DNA of 64,000 nucleotides from Chiloscyllium plagiosum (taxonomy: Eukaryota). A program made the position numbers and the translations under genes. The stretch is from NCBI RefSeq assembly GCF_004010195.1, contig NC_057756.1, forward strand, positions 8,158,676 to 8,222,675, given 5' to 3'. The notes beneath the pieces were generated by a model. The model had not been told where the DNA came from. It did no database searches and saw only the letters and a list, made by a program, of their open reading frames with translations. Numbering within the stretch: position 1 is the first letter of the stretch; every line of letters starts with the position of its first letter. Of the stretch, positions 25,781 to 38,481 are shown piece after piece.

Positions 25781-26119
25781 GTTCCTCTTGTAGAATGTGG
25801 GAGGTAAGGGTCCCCATTAGTGTCCCCACTGACTTCATCTGCAGGAAGTGCACCCACCTCCAGCTCCTCGGAAACTGTGTGAGGGAGCTGGAGCTAGATG
25901 AACTTCAGATCACTTGGGAGGTGGTGGGGGTAATTGAGAGGAGTTACAGAGAGGTAGTCTCACCTCAGGTACAGGAAAAAGGTAGATGGGTTACAGTCAG
26001 GACGGAATGGGAGCAGGCAGATAGTGCAGGGATACCCTGGGGCAATTCCCCTTAAGAATAAGTGTACCATTTTGGATACTGTTGGAGGGGCATGACCTGC
26101 CAGGGGAAAGCCATAGCAG

Positions 26120-26207
26120 GAGAAAGTGAGGTCTGCAGATGCTGGAGATCAAAGTTGAAACTTTATTGCTGGAACAGCACAGCAGGTCAGGCAGCATCCA
26201 GGGAACA
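26120..26207 (-). mobile_element. 88-bp Penelope family-1 3'-terminal insert within CR1 ORF1
   Basis: 15-bp TSD GGAAAGCCATAGCAG at 26105-26119 and 26208-26222; body matches 47981-48070 and 49803-49898. Confidence 0.82.
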
Positions 26208-28410
26208 GGAAAGCCATAGCAGCCAGGCCTCTGGCACTGAGCCTGGCTCTGTGGCTCAGAAGGGAAGGGGAGAGAATAGAAAAGTGCTAGTGGTAGGAGA
26301 CTCAACAGTTAGAGGAACGGACAGGAGATTCTGTGGTCACAAACGGGTCTCCCAGAAAGTATGCTGCCTCCCAGGTGCCAGAGTTCGTGATGTCTCTGAT
26401 CAAGTCAACAGGATTCTGAAGGAGGACAGTGAGCAGCCAGATGTTGTGGCACCAATGACATAGCTAGGAAAAGGGATGAGGATCTAAAAAGTGATTTCAA
26501 GGAGTTGGGTTGGAAGTTAAAAAGCAGGACAAGCAGAGTAGTAATGTCAGGAGATTAGTAATCCACTCCCTGGTGCAGGAGGGGGAGGCTTCAGATACGT
26601 AGATCATTGGAGTACCTTCTGGGAAAGGTGGGACCTGTACATGAAGGACGGGTTGCACTTAAACTGGAGGGGCACCAATGGTTAGAGCAAATTGGGAGGG
26701 TTTAAATTAGTTTGGCAGGGGGATGGGAACCAGAGTGACAGATCAGGGGAGAGCGTAATTGTTGAACAGGCAGAAAAAGAATGCAGAGAGTCTGTCAGGA
26801 AAGATACAGAATTGACAGGGCAAAGAGATGGGTTAAAGTGTGCTTGTTTCAATGCAAGAAGTATCAGAATTAAGAGTGATGAACTTAGAGCAGGGATCAG
26901 TACTTCAAACTTCGATGTTGTGGCCATAATGGAGACATGGATTTCACAGGGGCAGGAAAGGTTGCTGAATGTTCCATCATTTAGATCTTTTTAAAAGAGG
27001 AGGAGAGTAGTGTTGTTAATTAGAGTGTGCATTGCAGCTTGAGAAAGAGGGTTGATGAAGAGGGATTGTCTACTGAGTCAGTATGGGTGGAAGTCAAGAA
27101 CAGGAAAGGAGCAGTCACTTTATTGGGTGTTATCTATAGACCCCCCCCCAATAGCAGCAGAGAGATGGAAGAACAGATTTGTACAGCAGATCTTGCAAAG
27201 GTGTAGATGTAACAAAGTTATTGTTATGGGTGTCTTCAACATCCCCAATATTGATTGGAACCTCCTCAGTTTGGATGGAGCTGATTTTGTCAGGTGTGTC
27301 CAGGAAAGATTTCTGATTCAGTATGTAGATAGGCTGACTGGGGCAGGGGGGTGGGGGGGGGGAGGTGGTGTTGCATTTTGGATGCACCAGGCCAGGTGTC
27401 AGACCTCTTGGTGGGAGAGCATTTCGGTGACAGTGACTACAACTGCTTCACCTTTACTGTGGCCATGGAGAGGGATTGAAACAGACAGAATGGTAAGGTA
27501 TTTAACTGGGGGAAGGGAAATTATACTGCTATTAGACAGGAGCCATGGAAAATAAATTGGGAAAATTTGTTCTATGGGAAATGCACAACAAAAATGTGAA
27601 GGCTGTTTAAGAAGCACTTGTTGCGAGTGCTGGATAACTTTGTCCCACTGAGACAGGAAAGAACAGTACAGTGGATGGCAAGAGCAGCACAGCTTCTAGT
27701 CAAAAGGGAGAAGGAAGCTTACTTAAGGTTGATGAAGCAAGGATCTGGCACAGATTTACATGATTACAGGGTAGCTCGGAAAGAACTCAAAAACGGACTG
27801 AAGAGAGCTAGGAGGGGGCATGAAAATGCCTTGGCGGGAAGGATTAGAGAAAACCCAAAGGCGTTCTACATGTATGTGAGGAATAAGAGAATGACCAGAG
27901 AGAGGTAGGGCCGAACAGGGATAGTGGAGGGAACTTGTTCCTGGAGTCTGAAGAGTTAGAGGAGGCCTTCAATGAATTTTTTGCTTCAGTATTTATGAGA
28001 TGGGGGACCTTGTTAATAGTGGGAACACCGTGGACCAGATTAATAGGCTTGAACAGACTGATATTAAGAAAGTGGATGCACTGGAAATTCTGGGAAGCAT
28101 CAAGATAGATAAGTCCCCAGAGCCAGACCAAACATATTCAAGTTTACCATGGGAAGTGATGAATGAGATTGCTGCACCTCTGGTGATGATCTTGGCATCC
28201 TCGCCCTCCATGGAAGTAGTACTGACTGACTAGAAGGAGGCGAATGTTGTTCCTCTGTTCAAGAAAGGAACTAGGGAAATCCCTGGGAATTACAGACTGG
28301 TCAATCTTACATCTGCGGTAAGCAAGGTACTGGAAGGTTTCTGCGAGGTAGGATTTATGACTATCTGAAAAAACAAAGTTTGATTAAAGATAGTCAGCTT
28401 AGCTTTATGA

Positions 28411-28531
28411 AGTTAAAAATCACACAACACCAGGTTATAGTCCAACAGGTTTAATTGGAAGCACACTAGCTTTCGGAGCAACACTCCTTCATCAGGTGGC
28501 AGTGGAGGGCTCAATCCTAACACACAGAATT
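28411..28531 (-). mobile_element. Penelope family-2 terminal fragment inserted in CR1 ORF2
   Basis: Interrupts the SQHGFVKG codons with diverged direct repeats (gctttatgaag / gctttgtgaag); homologous to 12296-12386. Confidence 0.75.
28464..28498 (-). ncRNA. Minimal type I hammerhead ribozyme motif (family 2), core intact
   Basis: Minus strand reads cac-CTGATGA-a-ggag-tgttg-ctcc-GAAA-gc-TA-gtg: helix I CAC/GUG, helix II GGAG/CUCC, palindromic AGCU, CUA site. Confidence 0.78.
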
Positions 28532-29460
28532 TCAAATCATGGCTTTGTGAAGGGCAGGTCGTGCCTCACAAACCTTATTGAGTTCTTTGAGGATGTGACG
28601 AGACAAGTTGATGAAATTCGAGCAGTGGATGTGGGGTGTATGAATTTCAGTAAGGCATTTGATAAGGTTCCCCTTGGTAGGTTCATTCAAAAAGTTAGGA
28701 GGTATGGGATACAGGGAAATTTGGCTGTCTGGATACAGAATTGGCTGGCCGACAAACAACAGCCAGTGGTAGTGGATGGTAAGTGGAGGTCGGTGACCAG
28801 TGGTGTCCCACAGGGATCTGTCCTTGGGCCTCTGCTCTTTGTAGTTTTTATAAATGACTTGGATGAAGAAGTGAAATGGTTGGTTAGTAAGTTTGCTGAT
28901 GACACAAAGTTCGGTGGTGTTGTAGATAGTGTTGAGCACTGTTGCAGGCTGCATAAAAACATTGGCAGGATGCAGAGCTAGACTGCGAAGTGGCAGATCG
29001 AGTTCAACCTGGATAAATGTGAAGTGACTCATTTTGGAAGACTGAATTTCAATGCTGAATACAGGGTTAAAGACAGGATTCTTGGGAGTGTGGAGGAACA
29101 GCAGGATCTTGGTGTCCATGTACATAGATCCCTTAAAGTTGCTACTCAAGTTGATAGGGTTGTTAAGAAGGTTAATGGTGTTTTGTCTTTCATTAACAGA
29201 AGAATTGAGTTTAAGAGCTGAGAGGCTTTGCTGCAACTCTATAAAAGCCTGGTTAGACCACACTTGGAATATTGTGTACAGTTCTGGTCGCCTCATTTTA
29301 GGAAGGATGTAGATGCTTTATAGAGGGGGCAGAGGAGATTTACCAGGATGCTGCCTGGATTGGCCGACTTGTATAATGAAGAGAGATTGAATGAGCTAGA
29401 GCTTTTGACACTGGAGAGAAGAAAGAAGAGAAGTGACTTGATAGAGATGTGCAAGGTAAT

Positions 29461-30100
29461 AAGAACATAAGAACTTAAGAACTAGGATAAGGAGTAGGCC
29501 ATCTGGCCCTTTGAGCCTGATCCATCATTTAATAAGATCATGGCTGATCTTTTCGTAGACTCAGCTCCACTTACCTGCCCGCTCATCGTAACCCTTAATT
29601 CCTTTACTATTCAAAAAAAATCTACCTTCGCTTTAAAAACATTTACTGAAGTAGTGTCAACTACTTCACTGAGCAAGGAATTGCACAGATTAACAACCCT
29701 CTGGGTGAAGAAGTTCCTTTTCAATTCACTCCTGAATCTGCTCCCTCTAATCTTGAGGCTATGACCTCCTGTCCTAGTTTCACCTGCCAGTGGAAACATC
29801 CTCTCTACTTCTATCTTGTCGATTCCCTTCATAATTTTATATGTTTCTATAAGATCCCCCTCAATCTTCTGATTTCCAATGAACTTAATCCCAATCTTCT
29901 CAGTCTCCCCTCATAAGACAAGCCCCTCAACTTTGGAATCAACCTAGTGAACCTCCTCTGCACCCCCTCCAGTGCCTTTCTCAAGAAAGGAGAACAAAAC
30001 AGCACACAGTACGCCAGGTGTGGCCTCGCCAGCACCTTGCACAGTTACAACATAATCTCCTCACTTTTAAACTCAACCCCTTTCACAATGAAGGACGAAA
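29461..30100 (-). mobile_element. CR1 LINE 3' end, head-on to the plus-strand CR1
   Basis: LARPHLAYCVLFCSP, FFTQRVVNLCNSL; TTCTTATG-type tail repeats at 29461-29482. Confidence 0.85.
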
Positions 30101-30102
30101 TG

Positions 30103-30860
30103 CCAGCACTGACCCTCTGACAATGCAGCACTCCCTCAGCACTGACCCTCTGACAGTGCAGCACTCTCTCAGTATTGACCCTCTGACAGCGCAGCACTCC
30201 CTCAGTATTGACCCTCTGACAGTGTGGCTCTCCCTCAGTACTAATCTTCCAACAGTGCGGTGCTCTCTCAGTGCTGACCTTCCAACAGTGCGGCGCTCTG
30301 TCAGCACGGACCCTCAGTGCGACTCTCCCTCAGTACCGACCTTCTGACAGTGCAGCACTCCCTTCATACTGACCCACACTGACAGTGTGGCTCTCCCTCA
30401 GTACTGACCCTCCAACAGTGCAGTGCTCCCTCAGCACTGACCCTCAGTGCGACTCTCCCTCAGTACCGACCTTCTGACAGTGCAACACTCCCTTCATACT
30501 GACCCACACTAACAGTGTGGCATTCACTCAGCACTGACCCTCAATGCGACTCTCCCTCAGTACCGACCTTCTGACAATGCAACACTCCCTTCATACTGAC
30601 CCACATTGACAGTGTGGCATTCACTCAGCACTGACCCTCCAACAGTATGGCATTCTCTCAGTACTGACCCTCCGACAGTGCTGCATTCCTTCAGTATTGA
30701 CCCTCTGACAGTGTGGCTCTCCCTCAGTACTAATCTTCCAACTCTCTCAGTAATGCCCCTCCAAGAGTGCAGCACCCTCTCTGAACTGACCCTCTGACAG
30801 TGTGGCTCTCCCTCAATACCTACCCTCCGCAGTGCCTGTCCTTCAGTACTGACTTTCCAG
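30103..30860 (+). repeat. Degenerate 33-bp minisatellite (CTGACCCTCCGACAGTGCAGCACTCCCTCAGCA type)
   Basis: About 22 diverged units, with an internal three-unit block repeated three times at 30311-30620. Confidence 0.92.
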
Positions 30861-31284
30861 TATAGAGGCACAACAACCGACCCAACCTCCACCTGAGGTG
30901 TTAAAGTCAATGGAGGAGGAGGAAAGGGAGGAGGTGGGAGAATGGATAACAGTGAGAAACGTCCAGAATCGGAAAATGTGTCAGGCCCCCACAGGCCCAT
31001 AGCTAAAAGGAAAGAGGCAGCTGCAAGATGGACACACCAGCAACTCATCTCATGATGAAGGTGTGCCGAGGGATGGCCACCAACAGAAAAAGAGGTTCAC
31101 ACCATGGGGAAGAAGGAGAGGAATACCCACCAATCCAGAAACAGCCAATGTCCCAAGGGGTCTGATAAAACCCGACAGCCAGCCTTCAGAAATCACAGCT
31201 CTGGGCAACCGGGAGCAGCAACATTCAGAACTAGGAACAGAGCACGACAGTGCCTCTGTCAGACTCAGAATCGGAACTGAAAAC

Positions 31285-31375
31285 CAAAATGCTTGAAATG
31301 ACCATGGGTCAGGCAGCATTCATGGAGAAAGAGCAAGCTAAATTTCAAGTCTCGATGACTGTCCATCAGAACCTG
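31285..31375 (-). mobile_element. Old Penelope-like terminal fragment with a degraded hammerhead
   Basis: Shares GGTCAGGCAGCAT with family 1; minus strand reads CTGATGG...GAAATTTA. Confidence 0.45.
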
Positions 31376-33395
31376 AACTTCCTGGTTTTGCTCCCACCCT
31401 AATGACACCAAATTCGGACATTTCCTCCCAGGGAGGAAAATGGCAGCTACCTCAGTGCAGAGAGTGTTCAACAGTTACCCTACAACACCAGGATGTAGAG
31501 AGTCCACCAGTGACAAGATCGCCGGTGAATGGACAATGGGTCAATGGGTAATTCCATGAACTCTCAAAATGTGTTTTAAAATTGCCTTTATTAATATGTG
31601 TAGCTTTAAATGTATTGTAAAATGTGTTTCCACGCTAGCTTTACCTGGCCAAAGTCAAAGCAGATCCCCTGTTTCTGCAGGAGTGTAGGGTACCGCACCT
31701 TAGCAGCTACAGGAGATGGTCAAGCTAATGGGCCAACGGGCCTTCGATTTGGTTGGGGAGAAGGGAAACGGTTATTGTTCTTCCTACCTGGGTACTCTAC
31801 TGTGAGGAGGCAACTTCACTACCTCCGAGGTTAAGGAGGTGTTGGGTGGCCGACTCCTCGTAGCAGACGTTACATAGAGCAACGTTCCCAAGATTAATTA
31901 ATATATAAGCCCCGTTAGTAAAGAGTGAGTGGCTGGCCATTCTGCAGCAGCTCCCACTATAACATCACCATCTTCCACAAGCAGGAGGGAGGAGATTTGA
32001 AATTGGTGACTAATTTCATGCTGAATGCAAATGACAAAACTCTGTCTAAAGTCATCACTAAACGTGTCAGGTCTGCTCTGGGATCAGTGATTCACCCTGA
32101 CCGAACCTGTGCTGTAGTTGGCAGGACGATCTCTGAAAGCCTTGTGCTCCTCAGGGATACAATTGCCTATTTGTAGGATAGAGGGAGTGGACACTTGCCT
32201 CATCGACCTGGACCAGGAGAAGGCCTTTTACAGGATATAGCACATGTACATGTGGAATGTACTCTCCAAAATGGGGTCTGGGAAGGGAATACACAATTGG
32301 ATCCAATTGCTTGCCACAACATTGTTAGTGCAGTCTCAATGGGTAGGAATCAGGAAGTTTGTCGATCAGATCCGGAGTCAGGCAGGGCTGCCCACTCTCT
32401 CCTGCCTTGTTTGTGTGTTGCATAGAGCCCTTTTCTGAGTATATCAGAAAAGATTGTGAGCCCAAGAGGGTGACTTTTCCAGGCAGCGAGGCCAGCAGCT
32501 CCAAGCCTCCCTGTACATGATTGATGTCACCATTTCTGCTCAGATCCGCTGTCAAAGCACAGACTCATTGGAATCTGTGACCATTCCAAACTGGCCTCGG
32601 GAGTCAAGGGAAATCAAGGCAAGAGCTAAGCAATGTTCTTTGGGAACTGGGCTGACCAATCCTTTATCCCCTCCACCATCAGGGCAGGTTACCTGAAGAT
32701 GCTGGGACTATGGTTTGGAGGGGCTGAGGCATGTGAAAATTTTTCAGAGAAGTGCAGCACCAAAGTGAAGCAGAAACTAGTCTTTTGGGAGCACGGCTCC
32801 CTCTCCATTATGGGTAAAAACCTGGTCATCAAATGTGAGGCACTCTCTCTGTTGTTGCATATAGCGCAGGGCTGGCCCATTCCCAGAACCTGCACCATTA
32901 CAGTCACCTGAACCATCTTCCAGTTCATCTGGAGGTCTAAGATAGACCGGATCTGCAGGGACTGCCTGCACAAAGCTATCAATAAGGGGGGCGGGGGGGG
33001 TAGGGCAATAATCTACCCTCATCCTAATGGCCACTTTGAGTGTGATCCTTGATAGGCAAATACCAAGTGTCACTACATACTGAGGTTCTACCTGTCCCCG
33101 CTGTTGCAAAGATGGGACTGGCCTCGATGCCGCGGAATGCTCCAAGACCATTCTATATCATAAGTCCTTCATGGAGAAATTTGCAAAAAAAAACAAATCA
33201 ACCATAAGTTCATCAGGAAGCAGTCAACACGTAGGATCCAAAGACCCTGAGGGAAAAGGAGAGAATAGATCCTGTCATGTGGTTCCCTGAGCAGACTGTC
33301 AAAGTCATTTGGCAGAATGCCTCATCTAACGAGCACCAAGACATCACTTGGCCTGCAGTGAGAAGGGCAATACCTGTGAGATCCTTCATGTACAC

Positions 33396-34490
33396 TTTTG
33401 GAGAAGATTTGTAGCTCAGGTTGAGGTTCAGGTTGTAAGTTTCCTCGCTGAACTGGCAGGTTTGGTTTCAGACATTTCGCCACCATGTTAGTTAGGTAAC
33501 ATCATCAGTGATCCTCTGGTGAAGTGCTGGTGTTCTGTCCCACTTTCTATTTAGGTGGGTGATATCATTTCAGGTTCTTTTTCTCAGAGATTGGTAAATG
33601 GGGTCCAAATCAATGTGTTTATTGAGTTCTGATTTGAATGACAGGCCTCTAGGAAATCCTGTGTGTGTGTCTCTGTTTAGCCTGTCCTAGGATGGATATG
33701 TTGTCCCAGTCAAAGTGATGTCTTTCTTCGTTTATATGTAAGTATACTAGTAATAGTGGGCCATGCCTTTTTTGTGGCCAGTTGGTGTTCATGTGCCCTG
33801 GTGGCTAGTTTCCTGCCTGGCTGTCCGATGTAGTGTTTATTAGTCCTTGCATGGTATTTTGTAAATTACATTCATTTTGCTGGTTGTTCGTATAGGATCC
33901 TTTGGGTTCATCAGTAGTTGTTTTTCTATGTATTGGTAAATTTGTGTGTTACCATGATGCCAAGAGGTCAGAGTAGTCTGGTAGTCATCTCTAAGATGTC
34001 TTTGATATATGGTATTGTAGCTAGAGTCTCTGAGCATGTTATCTACTTTGTTTGGGTTTGCTGTTAAAGAATTGGTGAACTGTGTTTATTCTTCTGAATA
34101 TGCTGTATTTTCTTCTCCTGGCTGCTGCAATGTATTGTGGCCCATTTAAGTAATGTCCTGATGCAGCTACGTTTGTGGGTTTTGGGATGATTGTTTAAAT
34201 GGGCATCCATCCTTGGACACGCTAAACAGAGACATGCATGGAAATTCTGAGAGGCCTGGCATTTAAACCAGAACTCAATGAATAGACACATCGATCTGGA
34301 CCCCATTTACCAAACTCTGAGAAAAAGAACCGGAAATGATATCAACCACCCTAACAGACCAAGACACATAAATAGAAAGCAGGACAGAACACCAGCACTT
34401 CACCACAGTCTCACTGATGATGTTACCTAGCATGGTGATGAAAAGTCTGAAATCAAACCTGCCAGCTCAGCGAGCAAACCAACAACCTGA
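33396..34490 (-). mobile_element. Penelope-like element, family 3 (Poseidon-like): GIY-YIG region plus an inverted terminal repeat, each repeat with a hammerhead
   Basis: Minus frame reads NVIYKIPCKD...YIGQPGRKLATRAHEH. 34196-34490 is an inverted copy of about 33428-33710. Diverged TSD atccttcatgtacac / atacttcatgcatgc in the Tx1 host. Confidence 0.85.
34411..34450 (+). ncRNA. Minimal hammerhead motif (family 3); inverted partner at 33468-33511 on the minus strand
   Basis: tca-CTGATGA-t-gttacc-tagcat-ggtgat-GAAA-ag-TC-tga; partner reads tca-CTGATGA-t-gttacc...ggtggc-GAAA-tg-TC-tga. Confidence 0.72.
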
Positions 34491-35594
34491 TACTTCATGC
34501 ATGCCTGGTTGGTCTGCACCACCACACGCTGCCCTTGAAGCAGCTCCGGTGGCAGGGGATGAGATCGTCACACATCTGCTGGAATGTGCCTTTGTAAAGG
34601 AAGTCTAGAGAGATGCAGTACTTTGTCTCGAGGTTCATCCCGAGCAGTTCCGTGCCATGGGATTCCGTGCTCTATGGTCTGTTCCTGGGATGCACACCTG
34701 GAGGACCATCAACTCACTGAAAGATGCTCTTTGGTCTGCCTGAAACTTGTTGACCTTCCAGAACAAGGAGTTGACCCTGACTAAGTGTTGCAGACTGGCA
34801 TATCCCAACGTTCAGAACTACATGCTGAGTGAAGCACTAAAGCTTGGGGAAGCTATTGCCAAGGTGCAGTGGGGAAAGACCGTCTTCTGGGGTCTTTCTG
34901 CTGAAGTTAAATGGGGATCCATTCAGTTTTCAGACCCTCCAACTAAAAATGTATGTAAATACAGTATTGTATGTGTTGGTGAGGACTTTGGTTTTTTGGG
35001 ATAGAGTCAAACTCAAATGTGTGTTTGTTTCCTTGATCTGCAACTGTGCATCACAGGACTGTGTTTGTAACTACGTACATATATAAAGGTATTTTTATGA
35101 ATAAAGTACATACTTGAAATTAAAAAGGACGTTCTCCCAGGACAAGACTACCCCATTGCACTTTGGGTGTGCTAACCCCTGCAATGTCCCCAAAAGCAGG
35201 AAATTCGACTGCAAAGTTTGTCACAGTGGGGGACTGCGTTCACACTCTTAAAAAGATTTAAAAGCTAAAAGCAGATTATTTCAATATTGGCCAATAAAGA
35301 GTGCTCCTTTGAGAATACTACTGTATTTTAGCTGTTTCTCTTTAGGTGCTATTCCACCACATTCTGCCTCCTTTTACATTACTGCACACTGCAAAAAACG
35401 TAGATGGTACCCAATGACTATGCGTGGACTATTGCAACGGCAATGCAGTTGTAAAGTCTGAGTCATATCCTTTTCCACTTTTGGAAGGCTGTATTGAAAA
35501 GGTGGGATAAGCAATCCATATTTCTTAATTAGATTTAGAGGATAGTGGCAAGTATCTTTATAGAATTTGGTCTTTTATGACACTCAATGAACAG

Positions 35595-36415
35595 TTCAGC
35601 ACCCCCACAGCACTGATTCTCTGACAATGTAACACTCCCTCAGTACTGACCCTCTGACAGTGCAGCACTCCGTGAGCACTGACCCTCTGACAGTGTGGTA
35701 CTCCCTCAGCACTGACCCTGCAACAATGCGACATTCCTTCAGCACTGTTCCTCCAACAGTGCAGCACTCCCTTAGTATCAACCCTCTGACAGTGCAGTAC
35801 TCCCTCAGCGCTGACCCTCCGACAGTGCAGTACTCCCTCAGCGCTGACCCCCCGACAGTGCGGCACTCCCTCAGTGCTGACCCTCCAACAGTGCAGTACT
35901 CCCTCAGTACTGACCCTCTGACAGTGCAGTACTCCCTCAGCGCTGACCCTCCGACAGTGCGGTGCTCCCTCAGCACTGACCCTCCAACAGTGCGGTACTC
36001 CCTCAGCACTGACCCTCCGACAGTGCGGCACTCCCTCAGCGCTGACCTTCCGACAGTGCGGCACTCCCTCAGCACTCGACAGTGCAGTACTCCCTCAGCA
36101 CTGACCCTCTGACAGTGCGGCGCTCCCTCAGCACTGACCCTCCGACAGTGCAGTACTCCCTCAGCACTGACCCTCTGACAGTGCGGCCCTCCCTCAGCAC
36201 TGACCCTCCGACAGTGCAGCACTCCCTCAGCACTGACCCTCCGACAGTGCGGCAGCCCCTCAGCACTGACCCTTCGACAATGCAGCACTCCTTAGTACTG
36301 ACCCTCAGATTGTGCTCCACTCCCTCAAAACTGACCCTCTGACAGTGCAGCGCTCCCTTAGTACCAATCCTCCGACAGTGCGGCACTCCCTCAGTACCAA
36401 TCTTCCGTAAATGCA
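35595..36415 (+). repeat. 33-bp minisatellite array
   Basis: About 25 units of CTGACCCTCYGACAGTGCRGYACTCCCTCAGCA. Confidence 0.93.
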
Positions 36416-37002
36416 CCCCTCCCGAGAATAAATTTTTAATAAAGTTGAGTTCCTGGTAAACAATAGTGCTTGCCCCTAATTGCCTTTTCTGGAGTCAGTT
36501 AAGTGGAAATGGAGTCCATATGACAGTGGAACTGGATTCAGGAGGAGCAATATCCCGTGTTATCTGCCTCCAGAGGCTCTGAGATCAGCAACTGAGAGAA
36601 ATGTTCCCAGTATTGCTCCTGGACCTCGGGAGAAATATTTGCTGTGCAGGAGAAATTGGAGGAGGAGACCACATTACCAAGGAGGTTAGATCAAATGAGG
36701 ATGGTTGGTTGCTGATTGTGTAATATTGTGAACAAGATGAAGTTCCTCAGTGACTACTGAGCGATTCTTAGTCATTGTACTAACAGGCATGTTCAAATTG
36801 CCATTTGGAAATCATCCTCAATTCTACTAGCTGTGCTACTCCATTGAAAGTAATGTCTCCAAAAACAGCCCGTTCATCAATCAAGCTCACATTATTCAAA
36901 AACAGGTTTCATCAGCTGGTTTCTCAGGAAATGAAACCTCCACCCATTTCTGGAGAAAATACTCTGAGAGCAGTATTCAAGTTATTAGTTATATCAATAT
37001 CT

Positions 37003-37140
37003 AGGCACTGCCTCAGCACTGATCCTCCTATACTGCGGCACTCTCTGACAGTGTGGTACCCCTTCAGCACTGATCCTCCGACAGTGTGGTTCGCCCTCAT
37101 TACTGAACCTCTGACAACACGGCAGTCCTTCTTAATACTG
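37003..37140 (+). repeat. Short degenerate 33-bp minisatellite
   Basis: About 4 units of the same motif. Confidence 0.8.
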
Positions 37141-37199
37141 GAGGATGTCAGCCTGAGCTTTGAGGTGAAGTCCCAACCTGGCCGTAATCTGATGCAGGA

Positions 37200-37640
37200 G
37201 GAGCAAGAGAGAGAAAGAGCAAAATCAAAAGAGAACAGGAGACAAAGCAAGTTGGACACAGTAAGTCAGAGACAGAAGCGGGTTTAAGTCTAAGAGAGAC
37301 ACAAATTGTGAGGGAGAGAGCTAGTGAGAGACAGTTTGAGGGCTACAGATTACAAAAGAGAAGAAGAAACAAAGAAACGGTGGAAGAGATAGAGACAGCG
37401 GGAGAAAACAGAGACAGAAAACCAAGATAGAGAAGAAATTAGAGAGAGGCAGAGAAAGTGAGTGGAGACAGAAAGAAATCGAGAGGGAAACAGATGGATG
37501 GTGAGAAAGATAGAGACAGACAAATTAGAAAAAACAGAAACCATGAAAGAGAGAGAGATGAAAGAGACAGAGAAAGAACAGCAATTGACAGGGAGAGAGA
37601 GAAAGACAGACAGAGGGAGTGACAGAAAGAAAGAGATAGT
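37200..37640. repeat. Purine-rich (GA/GACA) low-complexity tract upstream of the Siglec-like leader exon
   Basis: Plus strand is dominated by A and G. A candidate donor ACA|GTAAGT at 37260 may end a non-coding first exon. Confidence 0.7.
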
Positions 37641-37751
37641 GATAACTCGAAACTTTAACTCTGTAAAATGTGTACTTGAACACTGGTTGTTGTGTTTGAT
37701 GAAGTATTTTATTAAAATGTCTCTTTTTTTTGTTTAGGTGAGGAACTGAAG

Positions 37752-37797
37752 ATGGGAAGAATGGCTGTGGTATTGATAACTCTCAGATTGCTGTCAG
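37752..37797 (+). CDS. Signal-peptide exon of the Siglec/MAG-like gene
   Basis: Strong acceptor at 37737; MGRMAVVLITLRLLS plus 1 nt; CAG|GTACGA donor; phase 1 joins the V-set exon (G+AT = Asp). Confidence 0.72.
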
Positions 37798-38481
37798 GTA
37801 CGAAGCAATTATTACCTAATCTCGCCAAAAGGACATGATTCAGGCCATCATGCCTGGCTGGCTCTTTGAAAGATCTCTCCACTTAGCTTCAGTCTTCTCA
37901 TGCTTACCACCCTCCCCACCCTGCACTGTCCTTGCAATCTCTTCCCCCTGCAGTATTTCACTGACACCACTGTTTTCAAAGGTTCCTACTGAATGTACTC
38001 CCACTTCCTTTCAGACAAAGGAACTCAGAGTACAAAAACTTGTTGAGTCAAAAAACCAATTCTCCTCCTCTCCCTCCCCCTCCTCCCATTCTTTTCCTGA
38101 TTCTCTCCAATCTGTCTCCCTCTGGTGACTGACACCCTCCACCCCCCACCCCCAACCTCCCAGACAGATATCTGTCTGTCCTTAAATAGCAAGATTAAGC
38201 ATGTCAGTGAGGTATGCAGCAACCAGTGTCCTATACAACTGTTGCAAAATGGTTGCACTACATCTCTTTTTCAATAAAATCTGATATTGTGTTTGCCTTC
38301 TCATTAAGTACATAAAGACAGTGTCCACAGCCTTACTGCAGACTGTCTATACTATGGCACAAGTGCATTCCATTCTTCAACTCCAAAGAAACAACACTGT
38401 TTTGAATTTTGTTGATTTCAATTTTGATTTTTTTTTTAAACAGTGCCTCTTCCAGAGGCTGACACCCTTTAATCTGCTTTC

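Larger units (their letters stand above)
25779..29460 (+). mobile_element. Near full-length decayed CR1 LINE: ORF1 (zinc finger and SGNH esterase) and ORF2 (APE-RT)
   Basis: CSSC...ICRKC; LVVGDSTVRG, CLPGA and DGLHLN; CFNARSI, IMETW, KSPEPD, GVPQGSVLGP, KFADD. Confidence 0.92.
31570..35126 (+). mobile_element. Tx1-clade LINE, copy C: older, internally deleted ORF2 with 3' tail, interrupted by a Penelope element
   Basis: Start matches the copy B ORF2 start. RVRSALGSVIHPDRTCAV, NLVIKCEALSLL, IVTHLLEC; AATAAA at about 35100. The APE region jumps to RT near 31960. Confidence 0.88.

Noticed and set aside
37350..37737. E/K/R-rich ORF and its hydrophobic antisense ORF
   Set aside because: Translations of the GA-rich low-complexity tract.
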